A stretch of DNA of 64,000 nt from assembly GCA_022071975.1 (NCBI GenBank), contig JAJVIO010000019.1, positions 64,570 to 128,569 on the forward strand, read 5' to 3'. Of this stretch, positions 9,762 through 18,613 are shown in pieces; position 1 is the first letter of the stretch, and the number at the start of each line of letters is the position of its first letter. The notes under the pieces are model-generated. The model saw only the letters and a list, made by a program, of their open reading frames with translations. It did no database searches and was not told where the DNA came from. The position numbers and the translations under genes are program-made. The DNA comes from Planctomycetota bacterium. GTDB taxonomy: Bacteria; Planctomycetota; UBA8742; UBA2392.

Positions 9762-11653
9762 AACTCGATCTTCGTGGTGTCGCGGTTCTCAGCCACCTTA
9801 GCCCGGTGCCGCTTCAAACGCTGCTGCACGCGGCCCGCCAGCATCAACGGCATTATGCACAGGATCACGGCCAATGACAGCCAGCCTAGCCCGCGCTTCA
9901 CCATGGCCACGAAAACGGTCGGAGTCGGGTCCGCCAGAACCGCCGGGCGCATCAGCAGCAAACCTCTCACCTCGCGGTCGGAGCTGTCCACGCGCAGGGT
10001 TTCAAGCACGCGGCCCGCCGCGTCGATGCTGCAGGTGATGCCGGTGTTGGTGCCTCGCACCATGGGCACGCGCGACTCGATGCAGCGCAGCCGGCAGTAG
10101 TCCACGGCCTGGTCCAGCTCCGCGCTTTGCTTGAACCAGCCTTCGTTGCTGATGTTCACGTGGAAGTCCGGGTAGCGTTCCGGCTTCTCGTGCAGCTCGG
10201 CATAGCAGCCGGGCCAGGCGTACTCGTAGCAGATGCTGCTGGTGAACGCCCAGTCGCGGCCCTTCAGGCGCTCGGCTTTTGAGGGCAGCCGGAACGTGGT
10301 CAGGCGACGGCCGCGCTCGACCCGGCTGGCGTAGCCCTGCAGGCCCTCGGCATAGTCGATCATCACCTTGCGCACCAGCTCGACGTCTTCGATCGGGATG
10401 TACTCGCCGCCCGGCACCAGGTAGCGCTTGTCGTAACTGGCGGCCACGCGCCCCTGCGCGTCGAACAGCATCGCCGTGTTGTACTTGCGCAGGTCATACG
10501 TGTCCTGTTTCCAGGGTACGTCTCGCTCTTCGGCTGGAATGTCCGTCAGCGTGCCGACCAGCATGGGCACTTTGAACTCGTAGGCGATGCGGCCGCGCAG
10601 GTGCTCAACGTAGCTGGCGTTGCGGGTGCGGCCGTCGGCGGTGATCACGGTGCCTTCGAACAGCGAGCGATCGGGTACGCCGTCTACGTAGTAGGCGGCG
10701 GATTCTGCTTCGCGCCCGCGTGTCAGTCCGTCGCGCGTGGTGCCGTAGAACAGCATGGTCTCGGCCCAGCAGACCAGCTCGGCGCCGTCATCGACGGCCT
10801 GCTTCGTGAGCTTGAGGTGGTCAGAAAAGGCGTTGGGCAGTCGCAGCGGGTCGTTGCGCACCTTCACTTCCTGGGCCAGGTTGCCCTGCACGCCGGCGAC
10901 CAGGGGGCCGTCAGCCAGGGTGTCCGCGTCGATCTGCGCGATACGCACGAAGCCATAGATGCAGCTGGCCACCACGAAGAACAACGCCACGCCGGGAACC
11001 ACGAAACGACGCAGCGGATCGGTGCGGATCTTCAGCCTGGCCTCTTGGCCGTCGAAGTGCAGCAGCGAGGCGATGCCCAGCGCTGTCAGCGCCAGGCCCG
11101 CCGACAGGCCGTATTGGCCCCAGATATCGGCGGTCTGCACGAAGGGCGTGAACTCGGTGATGGAGGTGCCGAGCGGCAGCCAAGGGTAGGGAGCCGGGGT
11201 GTTGAACTCGTGAATGAACTCGAACCCCAGCCAGCTCAACGGCACCAACCACAGCAGGTGGCGCTGGCGCCGCGTGAGCAACCAGCGGATCACCATGGCG
11301 CTCACGCCGTAGTAGGCGGACATGGCGGTCGCCACGAACGCGAACATGGCGAAGATGATCCACTCATTGCCGGGATCGGTGACCATCTGCCCCAGCCACC
11401 ACATGTCGATCCAGAAATAGAACATGCCGACCAGCCAGCCGGCCAGCCAGGCACTTCGCGGGCGCAGACGCGGCAGCGCCATGAACAGCGGCGCCAGCGC
11501 CACCAGGCCCAACAGCGGCACGTCGAACGGCGGCTGCGACAGGGTCATCAGCACGGCTGAAAGCAGCACGGCGCCCCATACCCGCGGGCGGGCCTTGCCC
11601 TTCAACGGCTCGATTTCGATCGACTTCAGCATGTTGCACCAAGCCCCATTCAA
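9758..11653 (-). CDS. lnt: Apolipoprotein N-acyltransferase
   Basis: N-terminal polytopic membrane part plus a CN-hydrolase domain (..ELVCWAETM.., ..ICYEYAWPG..). An extra C-terminal TM helix is present. An alternative start is at MLKSIE.. (11632). Confidence 0.8.
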   Translation of the reverse strand: MNGAWCNMLKSIEIEPLKGKARPRVWGAVLLSAVLMTLSQPPFDVPLLGLVALAPLFMALPRLRPRSAWLAGWLVGMFYFWIDMWWLGQMVTDPGNEWIIFAMFAFVATAMSAYYGVSAMVIRWLLTRRQRHLLWLVPLSWLGFEFIHEFNTPAPYPWLPLGTSITEFTPFVQTADIWGQYGLSAGLALTALGIASLLHFDGQEARLKIRTDPLRRFVVPGVALFFVVASCIYGFVRIAQIDADTLADGPLVAGVQGNLAQEVKVRNDPLRLPNAFSDHLKLTKQAVDDGAELVCWAETMLFYGTTRDGLTRGREAESAAYYVDGVPDRSLFEGTVITADGRTRNASYVEHLRGRIAYEFKVPMLVGTLTDIPAEERDVPWKQDTYDLRKYNTAMLFDAQGRVAASYDKRYLVPGGEYIPIEDVELVRKVMIDYAEGLQGYASRVERGRRLTTFRLPSKAERLKGRDWAFTSSICYEYAWPGCYAELHEKPERYPDFHVNISNEGWFKQSAELDQAVDYCRLRCIESRVPMVRGTNTGITCSIDAAGRVLETLRVDSSDREVRGLLLMRPAVLADPTPTVFVAMVKRGLGWLSLAVILCIMPLMLAGRVQQRLKRHRAKVAENRDTTKIEL

Positions 11654-12348
11654 ACAATTACGGACGAAGCGGGCTTGTCCAGCAACTGCAAAAGTTCGAT
11701 CAGGGGGCCGGGGTCAAAGGCGTGTGGGAGCAACGCGGGTTCAAGCTCAAGCAGGCGCTGACCGGTAGCTGCGTCGTATAGCCGCGCCGCGCCGCGCGGC
11801 TGGGGTCCCTCGGCGGTGCGGAAGATGCGGCCTTTGAGCTCGCTATCCCAATGGGATTCGCACACGGCGCACTGCAGACGGTCGCCGCTGCGCGCCCAAG
11901 GCGGGCCGCCGCACAGGGGACAGTCGTTGCCGTCGCCTGAAAGCTCAAAGTGGCGCAGGCTGGCGGCCGCAACGGCTTCGTACAGGGGCTTGAGTGCAAC
12001 CCACAACGTGCCGGCCAACAGATGCGGGTCGAGGCCGTGACTTGCGGCCGCCGCCGCGAAGGCGTCGCCGCCGTCCTCGCGCCACAGGGCTTCGGCCAGG
12101 GTCTGCAGGTCAAGGCCGTTGCGGCGGGCATTCAGCAGGGCGCGCAGCTCGGCGCCGCGTTCGGGAAAGTCGGTGATCAGTTGCAGCACCACCAGGCTGT
12201 GGTAGTCGGCCGTGAGGGGTGAGTCACGACCCACAGCGCCCAGATCCAGCAACGGCGGTTCGTCACGGGGCGCGATTTTCACAAGCGCTCCGCGCGAATG
12301 CTCGATGGTTTCAAGCTGGCGCTGACGCAAGCGCAGCAATGCCGCCAT
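11650..12348 (-). CDS. Hypothetical zinc-ribbon protein (weakly FdhE-like)
   Basis: Two CxxC pairs (CPLCGG.., CAVCESHW). The ORF track extends to 12453, but that would overlap lysA by 47 nt, so the ATG at 12348 is preferred. Confidence 0.4.
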   Translation of the reverse strand: MAALLRLRQRQLETIEHSRGALVKIAPRDEPPLLDLGAVGRDSPLTADYHSLVVLQLITDFPERGAELRALLNARRNGLDLQTLAEALWREDGGDAFAAAAASHGLDPHLLAGTLWVALKPLYEAVAAASLRHFELSGDGNDCPLCGGPPWARSGDRLQCAVCESHWDSELKGRIFRTAEGPQPRGAARLYDAATGQRLLELEPALLPHAFDPGPLIELLQLLDKPASSVIV

Positions 12349-12406
12349 GGCGCGGCGCGAAAGGCCGCTGTCGGCCGCGGTCAGGCTGATCACCAGGGCC
12401 AGCGGG

Positions 12407-13735
12407 TCAAGCCTTCGCCTTGAAGCTTTCGCGTGGGGTGAGGCGTTCGCCACGTATCACGTCCTCGATCGTTTCGCGCTCGCGCGCCACCCAGTACTGG
12501 TCGCCGTCTACAATCACTTCGGCCGGGCGGCCCCTGGTATTGTAGTTGCTGGCCATGCTCATGCCGTAAGCGCCGCTGCTGAAGATCGCCAGCAGTTCGC
12601 CCTCGGCCATCTTCGGCAGCTTGCGCCCGAGCGCAAAGTAGTCGCCCGACTCGCAGATGGGGCCGACCACGTCGTAGGTCACGCCGTCGTCGGGTCCTTC
12701 TTCTTTAATGGGCGAATTTTCACCCAGCACCGGGCCGTCGGCCAGGCCGGGCGACTTCACCGGCCACGCCAGATGGAAGGCCTGGTAGATACTGGGGCGC
12801 AGCAGGTCGTTCATTGCGCCGTCAACGATCAGGAAGTCCTTGTCGCCGCTGGGCTTGTTATACACCACTTGCGTGAGAAGGATGCCGCCGTTGCCGCTGA
12901 TGAAACGGCCGGGCTCGCTGATCATCTTGAGTCCCAGCGCCTTGATGCGCGGCACCATCTGGGCCGCGAAGTCGGCAATGGGCAGGCCTTCGCCCACGTG
13001 GTAGCTGATGCCGAAGCCGCCGCCCACGTTGATGAACTCCAGTGGGAAGTCCTGCTGCTTCAGCTGCTTGATGAAGCCGGAAACCTTGTCGATCGCCTCG
13101 GCGTGGCGGTCGGCGTAGGTGATCTGGCTGCCGATGTGCAGGTGCAGGCCGCGCAGGCGCAGGTTTTTCAGCTCTTTGATTCGTTTCGCGCAGGCCTCGG
13201 CGCGGGCGAGGTCGATGCCGAACTTATTCTCGCGCTTGCCGGTGCTGATGTACTTGTGGGTCTTGGGATCGACGTCCGGGTTGATGCGCAGGGCCACGGG
13301 CGCCTCGGTCTTGCGCTTGGCGGCGACGCGGCTGATGGCCTCGAGCTCGGCCTCGGACTCCACGTTGAACATCAGGATGCCCTGCTCGAGGGCGTAGTCG
13401 ATTTCGTCGGGGGTTTTGCCGACGCCGGCGAACACGATTTTGCCCGGCTCGGCCCCTGCGCGCAGTGCGCGGTACACTTCACCCTTGCTGACGGCGTCGA
13501 AGCCGGAGCCCGCCAGCGCCATGGCGCGCAGGATGCCCAGGTTGCCGTTCGATTTGACGCTGTAGCACACCAGGGGCTCGACCTCGGCGAAGGCCTGCTT
13601 GATGGCGGCGTGCTGGCTCAGGAAATGGTTCTGGCTGTAGACGTAGACGGGCGTGCCGACTTTGGCCGCGATCTGCTTGACCGGCACGTTCTCACAGAAC
13701 AGCTCGCCGCCCTTGTAGTGGAATTCTTCGTTCAT
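12407..13735 (-). CDS. lysA: Diaminopimelate decarboxylase
   Basis: ..VGTPVYVYS.., ..CYSVKSN.. (PLP Lys), ..GGGFGI.., ..VGPICESGD... 442 aa. Confidence 0.9.
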   Translation of the reverse strand: MNEEFHYKGGELFCENVPVKQIAAKVGTPVYVYSQNHFLSQHAAIKQAFAEVEPLVCYSVKSNGNLGILRAMALAGSGFDAVSKGEVYRALRAGAEPGKIVFAGVGKTPDEIDYALEQGILMFNVESEAELEAISRVAAKRKTEAPVALRINPDVDPKTHKYISTGKRENKFGIDLARAEACAKRIKELKNLRLRGLHLHIGSQITYADRHAEAIDKVSGFIKQLKQQDFPLEFINVGGGFGISYHVGEGLPIADFAAQMVPRIKALGLKMISEPGRFISGNGGILLTQVVYNKPSGDKDFLIVDGAMNDLLRPSIYQAFHLAWPVKSPGLADGPVLGENSPIKEEGPDDGVTYDVVGPICESGDYFALGRKLPKMAEGELLAIFSSGAYGMSMASNYNTRGRPAEVIVDGDQYWVARERETIEDVIRGERLTPRESFKAKA

Positions 13736-13989
13736 GGTTCGTGTTCCGTGGCTGGTGGACCTTTTCCGGCTTTCTCTTTAGGCACCGGCAGCCCACGCGC
13801 AAGGGTGCGCCCGCCGCACGATCTGTGCAACCAGGGGTACAATCCCAGGCACCGCTCCCTACACAGACTCCTCGCGAAACGCACGGCCCATGAAATGGGC
13901 CAGCGGTTGGCGCCGCCGGTTGCCTGGCACCTGGCAGGGCCGCGCGCTTGCGCGTGCGGCTCTTGTTCCTGCTGCCGCCTGCACCACTG

Positions 13990-14790
13990 CTACTCGCCCG
14001 CGTTGGCTGTTCTTGAGCCGCGCTGGATGGTGGTGCTCAGCCAGGCGGGCTCGTCGGCCGGGCGGGTGTACTTGCCGAAGGTGAAGGTGGCTTGCGGGCG
14101 GTTGCCCGTGGGCTCGCGCCACCAATGGTAGCGCATGTGGTACCAGCGGCTCTTGTCGCGGTCGTCCTGCAGCACGGCGCCCGTGTGCTCGTGCTTGCGC
14201 TGGTGGCTTTCGTTGAAGTTTTCGGGGATATCCGTGACCATGCTGCCCGTACGGTTCTGGGGCAGGTGAGCAAAGCCCAGCTCGGTCCAGTCGGCGCCTT
14301 CCACGTAACCCGGGTAGAAGCGCACAACGCGCCACACGTCGATCTGCTTGATCATCGGCCCGACGCTTTCGTAGCCGCGCTCGTAATGACGGTCGCGCTG
14401 GAAGCTGGGCAGGCGGTAGACGATCTTGCCGTCGTCACGCCCCACGCGGTTCAGCTTGAAGGCCTCCACCAGCACCAGCGTCTCGCGGATCTTGCGGCCG
14501 TCGAAGCGCTCATAGATCACTTCCTGCACGATTTCCTGCACCACGGCGTTGTAGGCGAACTCGTCATTGGCGCGCAGCTCGAAGCCAAGGCTGACCTCGT
14601 AGCGATCCTCGTCGTATTCGGGCTCTGATCGCAGCTCAAGTTCGAGCTTGTACTCCGGCAGAACCTGAGGCTCGACCGGCGCGGCCTGGTAGTTTCCGGC
14701 GGTGGCGCAGCCGGAAGTGAGTGTACCCCCCGCTGCCAGCAGCAGCAGGATCGCTATACTCGCGGCGCGTCTTAAGAACACGGAAGCCAT
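13990..14790 (-). CDS. Lipoprotein of unknown function
   Basis: MASVFLRRAASIAILLLLAAGGTLTSGC is a lipobox. An upstream alternative start is at 14805. Confidence 0.55.
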   Translation of the reverse strand: MASVFLRRAASIAILLLLAAGGTLTSGCATAGNYQAAPVEPQVLPEYKLELELRSEPEYDEDRYEVSLGFELRANDEFAYNAVVQEIVQEVIYERFDGRKIRETLVLVEAFKLNRVGRDDGKIVYRLPSFQRDRHYERGYESVGPMIKQIDVWRVVRFYPGYVEGADWTELGFAHLPQNRTGSMVTDIPENFNESHQRKHEHTGAVLQDDRDKSRWYHMRYHWWREPTGNRPQATFTFGKYTRPADEPAWLSTTIQRGSRTANAGE

Positions 14791-15796
14791 GCAAACCCTG
14801 TCCAAAACCAGCGAGCTGACCCGGGCGCCATATTACAACCCATTCAGCCGCCTGATGAAACAGTGGTTCGGCGAGCCGGCGTACAAATTGACGCTGGATG
14901 CCGGTTTCACCTGCCCAAACATCGACGGCACCAAGGCCACGGGCGGCTGCACCTTCTGCGACAACGTCAGCTTCAGCCCGGCCCTGCGCACCGGCGTGAC
15001 ACGCATCGCCGAACAACTTGAGCAGGGCAAAGTCTTCTACCACGACCGCTTCAACGCCCGCATTTTCCTGGCCTATTTCCAGACTTTCACCAACACCTAC
15101 GCGAAGCTGGAACGGTTGAAGGCCCTTTATGACGAGGCCTTGGACGTGCCGGACATCGTGGGCATCTCAATTGGCACGCGGCCGGACTGCATCGACGCAG
15201 AGAAGCTGAAGCTGATCCAGGCCTACGCAGACGGCAGCGCCGAAGCGTGGCAGCGAAAGCTGGCCGAAGGCCGCACCCGCCTGGAGCGCCCCTTCGTGTG
15301 CGTCGAGTACGGCCTGCAGACTGTCCACGACGCCACGGCGGAGTACGTCAACCGTGCACACACCCACGCCGAGACGGTGGCGGCCGTTGAGCTTACCCGC
15401 GCTATCGCCCCGGACGCCCACCTGTGCCTGCACCTGATCAGCGGCCTGCCCGGCGAGACCGACGAGATGATCCACCAGACCATCGAGGAATGCGCGCGCC
15501 TGCGGCCGGACAGCATCAAGTTCCATCACCTGTACGTGTACGAGAACACGGTGATGGCGCGGCAGTACGAAGCCGGCGAGTTCGAGGTGCCCAGCCTGGA
15601 GCGGCACGTGCGCCTTGCCGCTGACTGCCTGGAACGCATGCCGCCCGACACCTGGGTACAGCGCCTGGTGGGGGAAGTCAGCAGCGGAGGCGTGATTGCG
15701 CCGCAGTGGGGTAAAACCAAGCTGCAGATTTACAACCTGATTTCCGATGAGCTCAAGCGCCGCGGCACCCACCAGGGCGCGCGCTGGCGCGCCTGA
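14789..15796 (+). CDS. Radical SAM protein, TIGR01212 (YhcC) family
   Basis: ..KLTLDAGFTCPNIDGTKATGGCTFCDN.. is the family's N-terminal signature. The start at 14789 gives a typical leader of ~30 aa. Confidence 0.8.
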   Translation: MQTLSKTSELTRAPYYNPFSRLMKQWFGEPAYKLTLDAGFTCPNIDGTKATGGCTFCDNVSFSPALRTGVTRIAEQLEQGKVFYHDRFNARIFLAYFQTFTNTYAKLERLKALYDEALDVPDIVGISIGTRPDCIDAEKLKLIQAYADGSAEAWQRKLAEGRTRLERPFVCVEYGLQTVHDATAEYVNRAHTHAETVAAVELTRAIAPDAHLCLHLISGLPGETDEMIHQTIEECARLRPDSIKFHHLYVYENTVMARQYEAGEFEVPSLERHVRLAADCLERMPPDTWVQRLVGEVSSGGVIAPQWGKTKLQIYNLISDELKRRGTHQGARWRA

Positions 15797-15933
15797 ATTT
15801 TGGATTTTGGATTGGCCGGGCGTGCGGGAAGCAGCCACCACAGACGGGCGCAAACATGAACGAGCCATCCGACCTGAGCGCTAACGCCACCCAATCCAAG
15901 TCAATCCAAAATCCAGAATCCAAAGTCCAAAAT
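15797..15933 (+). repeat. Heptad-periodic hairpin H1 (ATTTTGG units / TCCAAAA units)
   Basis: 5' arm ATTTTGGATTTTGGATTGG (15797-15815) starts directly after the radical-SAM TGA. 3' arm CCAATCCAAGTCAATCCAAAATCCAGAATCCAAAGTCCAAAAT (15891-15933). The lolD ATG (15856) lies in the loop. Confidence 0.75.
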
Positions 15934-16629
15934 GATGCCATTCTGGAGTGCACCAGCCTGAGCCGCGACTTCCAGTCCGGTGAGACCACGCTGCACGTGC
16001 TGCGCAGCGTGAACTTCAAGCTGTATGAAGGCGAGATCGCCAGCATCGTCGGCTCAAGCGGCGCCGGCAAGTCCACACTGCTGCACCTGCTGGGCCTGCT
16101 GGACACGCCCACCGAGGGCGACATCTTTTACCGCGGCCGCAACATCACGCGCCTGGGCCAGGAGGCGGCTGCCAGGGTGCGCAACCGCGAGTTCGGCTTC
16201 GTGTTCCAGAGCTTCCACCTGCTGCCCGACTTCACGGCGCTGGAAAACGTACTGATGCCCGCGCGCATCGGCGCGGGCTCGCTGCAGTGGATGCGCGAAG
16301 CCGGCAAGCTCAAGGAGCGCGCCGAGAGCCTGCTGACCCGCGTGGGCCTTGGTGAGCGCATGTCCCACGTGCCGAGCCGCTTAAGCGGCGGCGAGCGTCA
16401 GCGCGTGGCGCTGGCACGGGCCCTGGTCAACGAGCCGGCGGTGGTGTTCTGCGACGAGCCCACCGGCAACCTGGACAGCAAGACGGCCGACGAGATCTTC
16501 GCGCTGATCGAGCAGTTCAACCGCGAGCTGGGCAAGACCTTCCTGATCGTCACCCACGACGAACACATCGCCAGACGCGCCCAACGCCACCTGCACATGA
16601 GCGACGGCCGGTTCGTGCCGGCCGATTAG
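15856..16629 (+). CDS. lolD: Lipoprotein-releasing ABC transporter ATP-binding protein
   Basis: GSSGAGKSTLLHLLG, LSGGERQRVALARAL, VFCDEPTGNLD. MacB/LolD-type. The ~30-aa N-terminal extension is encoded by the repeat arm. Confidence 0.8.
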   Translation: MNEPSDLSANATQSKSIQNPESKVQNDAILECTSLSRDFQSGETTLHVLRSVNFKLYEGEIASIVGSSGAGKSTLLHLLGLLDTPTEGDIFYRGRNITRLGQEAAARVRNREFGFVFQSFHLLPDFTALENVLMPARIGAGSLQWMREAGKLKERAESLLTRVGLGERMSHVPSRLSGGERQRVALARALVNEPAVVFCDEPTGNLDSKTADEIFALIEQFNRELGKTFLIVTHDEHIARRAQRHLHMSDGRFVPAD

Positions 16630-17741
16630 GTCATCTTCTGCTTCTGGGCGTCGGTTACGGGCCAGATCGACTCCCACCAACGGGCCAGCGGATCGATGGC
16701 GACAAATGCAAAGGCCGCGAACAGCAAGCCGAACAGCACATCGGTCATGTAGTGATAGCCCAGGAACACGGTGGCGAACAACAACCCAGCCACGAAGGGC
16801 GCGTACACCAGGCCGACTTTTCGGTGGTACCTGAGGGCGATCACCATGGCGACGGTGGCGATGGCGACGTGGCCGGAGGGGAAGGCGTCCCAGCGTATCA
16901 CCTCGGCCTCATCGAGTGTGCGCTGCCAGAACTCCGTGAAGAACCAGGCGCCCGGTTCCGCCATCCACTGTGAAAACCCGCCCTCAAAACGCGGCCCGGT
17001 TGCGGGTACCAGGATGTAGCCGATGTAGGTGGTCATCAGCGCACCGGCAAACACCGCTGCCCCGTGCCGCACCTTGCGCCAGTCGCGCCTGAGCACCTGC
17101 GGCAGCACCGCCACCAGCGGCGAAACGTAATAGGACAGGTAGCACAGCATCATCAGCCCGACCAGCGCGGGAGTGTGAAACTGCCGGAACCACAGCGCCG
17201 GGTACACGCCCGCGATTGCCACGTCTGCTTCCTTTAACCACAGGTCCCACCAGGTAGCGGCCGGGTCGTAGACGACAAGCGGGTCGAAGGACACGTGGGT
17301 GTGAATGCCGGGAACGCCGGAAACGCCGGCGATGAAAGCCCCCAGCAGGTTGAACACAATAGGCACCAGCAGAATGGGCAGGAACACATAAACGAGGTTC
17401 GCGATGCTCAGCCACAGGGGCGCTTTGCGGCCGGTAGTGAAGAAGTTGCGGTGGTAGTACACGCCGAAGCGCTGGGCGATCAGGTAGGCGCACAGGATTT
17501 CAACCAGCTGCACCAGCAGCGAACCGTTGCCGATCTCGGCCCAGGCGTAGCGCGATTCATGCGGATAGAGGCGCAGGCCGGGCGCGACCATGCTCAGCAG
17601 CGTCCAGCCGATCACCAGCAGCATGAAGCCGACAATGAACAGGTCCATCGCCAGGAACTGACGCCGCAGGCCGGCCAGCATCGGGGACTTAGCATCTTGA
17701 GCGGCGGACAGCTGGGTGCTGGGGCTTAGCGTGGATTCCAT
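16626..17741 (-). CDS. PAP2-superfamily polytopic membrane protein (PAP2_C / sphingomyelin-synthase-like motifs)
   Basis: ..FPSGHVAIA.. and ..GYHYMTDVLFG.. resemble the S-G-H and H-Y-x-x-D-V motifs of PAP2_C lipid phosphotransferases. About 8 TM helices. Confidence 0.55.
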   Translation of the reverse strand: MESTLSPSTQLSAAQDAKSPMLAGLRRQFLAMDLFIVGFMLLVIGWTLLSMVAPGLRLYPHESRYAWAEIGNGSLLVQLVEILCAYLIAQRFGVYYHRNFFTTGRKAPLWLSIANLVYVFLPILLVPIVFNLLGAFIAGVSGVPGIHTHVSFDPLVVYDPAATWWDLWLKEADVAIAGVYPALWFRQFHTPALVGLMMLCYLSYYVSPLVAVLPQVLRRDWRKVRHGAAVFAGALMTTYIGYILVPATGPRFEGGFSQWMAEPGAWFFTEFWQRTLDEAEVIRWDAFPSGHVAIATVAMVIALRYHRKVGLVYAPFVAGLLFATVFLGYHYMTDVLFGLLFAAFAFVAIDPLARWWESIWPVTDAQKQKMT

Positions 17742-17795
17742 CGGCGGGTCGTCGGTCGGCGCAATGCCGGAGAATCGGGCCTGCGGCCGCGAACG

Positions 17796-18221
17796 TCAAG
17801 ATTCCGTTACGGCGTGCTGCGTCACTTCGACGTCGATCACGACTTCCGGCTCGTCTTTCAGGGGCCGGCCGCGGGCGATCCAGTCGTCGGCGCGCGTCAG
17901 GAAGGGCTTGATCAATGGGCCGATGATGGTGAGGGCGGCGGTGATCACGGCAGCGTCGTCCAGCAGACCGGTCAGCGGCACCATGTCGGGGATGGCATCA
18001 AGGGGCGAAACGAAATACAGGATCGCCAGCACCGCCGTGGCTTTGACTCCCAGGTTCACCCTGGGATCGCGGATCAGGTAGTACAGAGCGGTTGCCTGTC
18101 GGGCGAAGGGCACGCGCCCGGCGAACTGGCGCATTTTCTTCCAGAAGGCGGCCTTGGCGCGCTGGATGTCCTCGGCGCTGACGCCTTCCTTGAAAACGCT
18201 GCTGTAGTCGCGCTCTGCCAT
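17796..18221 (-). CDS. YkvA/DUF1232 family membrane protein
   Basis: ..LAILYFVSPLDAIPDMVPLTGLLDDAAVI.. is the DUF1232 core. Confidence 0.7.
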   Translation of the reverse strand: MAERDYSSVFKEGVSAEDIQRAKAAFWKKMRQFAGRVPFARQATALYYLIRDPRVNLGVKATAVLAILYFVSPLDAIPDMVPLTGLLDDAAVITAALTIIGPLIKPFLTRADDWIARGRPLKDEPEVVIDVEVTQHAVTES

Positions 18222-18412
18222 GACCTGTCATTGGAACAGTACGGGCAGGGATTTCAAAGGAAATGCGCCCAGGGCAGTGAACAGGGCACGGGAAAGCTAC
18301 AAATCTTCAGCAATTCGGCCCGGATTGGGCTCAATTGCGACAGCACTCACGTCCGATAAAGCCGGGAGATTGCGACCGCTGAAAGCGGTGCGGGCCAACT
18401 CGTAAACAAAAA

Positions 18413-18437
18413 GTTGTTGAATTCAGTTATCAACAAC
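18413..18437. promoter_or_regulatory. Perfect 8-bp inverted repeat GTTGTTGA-N9-TCAACAAC in an AT-rich island upstream of accD
   Basis: Read directly. Followed by TAGTAT (18445-18450). Candidate operator. Confidence 0.3.
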
Positions 18438-18550
18438 GATTGGCTAGTATGCGCTAACCAGTGGGAGAGCGAACCCTGCCGAAGTCTTGCCATAAGCTTC
18501 TGTGGTCTTTGGTGTTGTGACGCGGCTGGCACCCGGCCGCGCTCAGCCAG

Positions 18551-18578
18551 TTGACCGCGACCGGACCGCCGCTACCAT
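18551..18578 (+). promoter_or_regulatory. Candidate sigma70-type promoter of accD (TTGACC-N16-TACCAT)
   Basis: -35 at 18551-18556, -10 at 18573-18578, about 35 nt upstream of the AGGAGG RBS and ATG 18614. Confidence 0.35.
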
Positions 18579-18613
18579 CATCAAGCTTCGCTCACGTTGC
18601 CAGGAGGCGACCT

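Noticed and set aside
13877-13893. Hairpin GGCCCAT-gaa-ATGGGCC and a TACAAT hexamer (13836-13841) between lysA and the lipoprotein gene, as a possible sRNA or promoter.
   Set aside because: The stem is short (7 bp) with no convincing U-tract. No matching -35 is found at proper spacing. The evidence is insufficient to call a feature.
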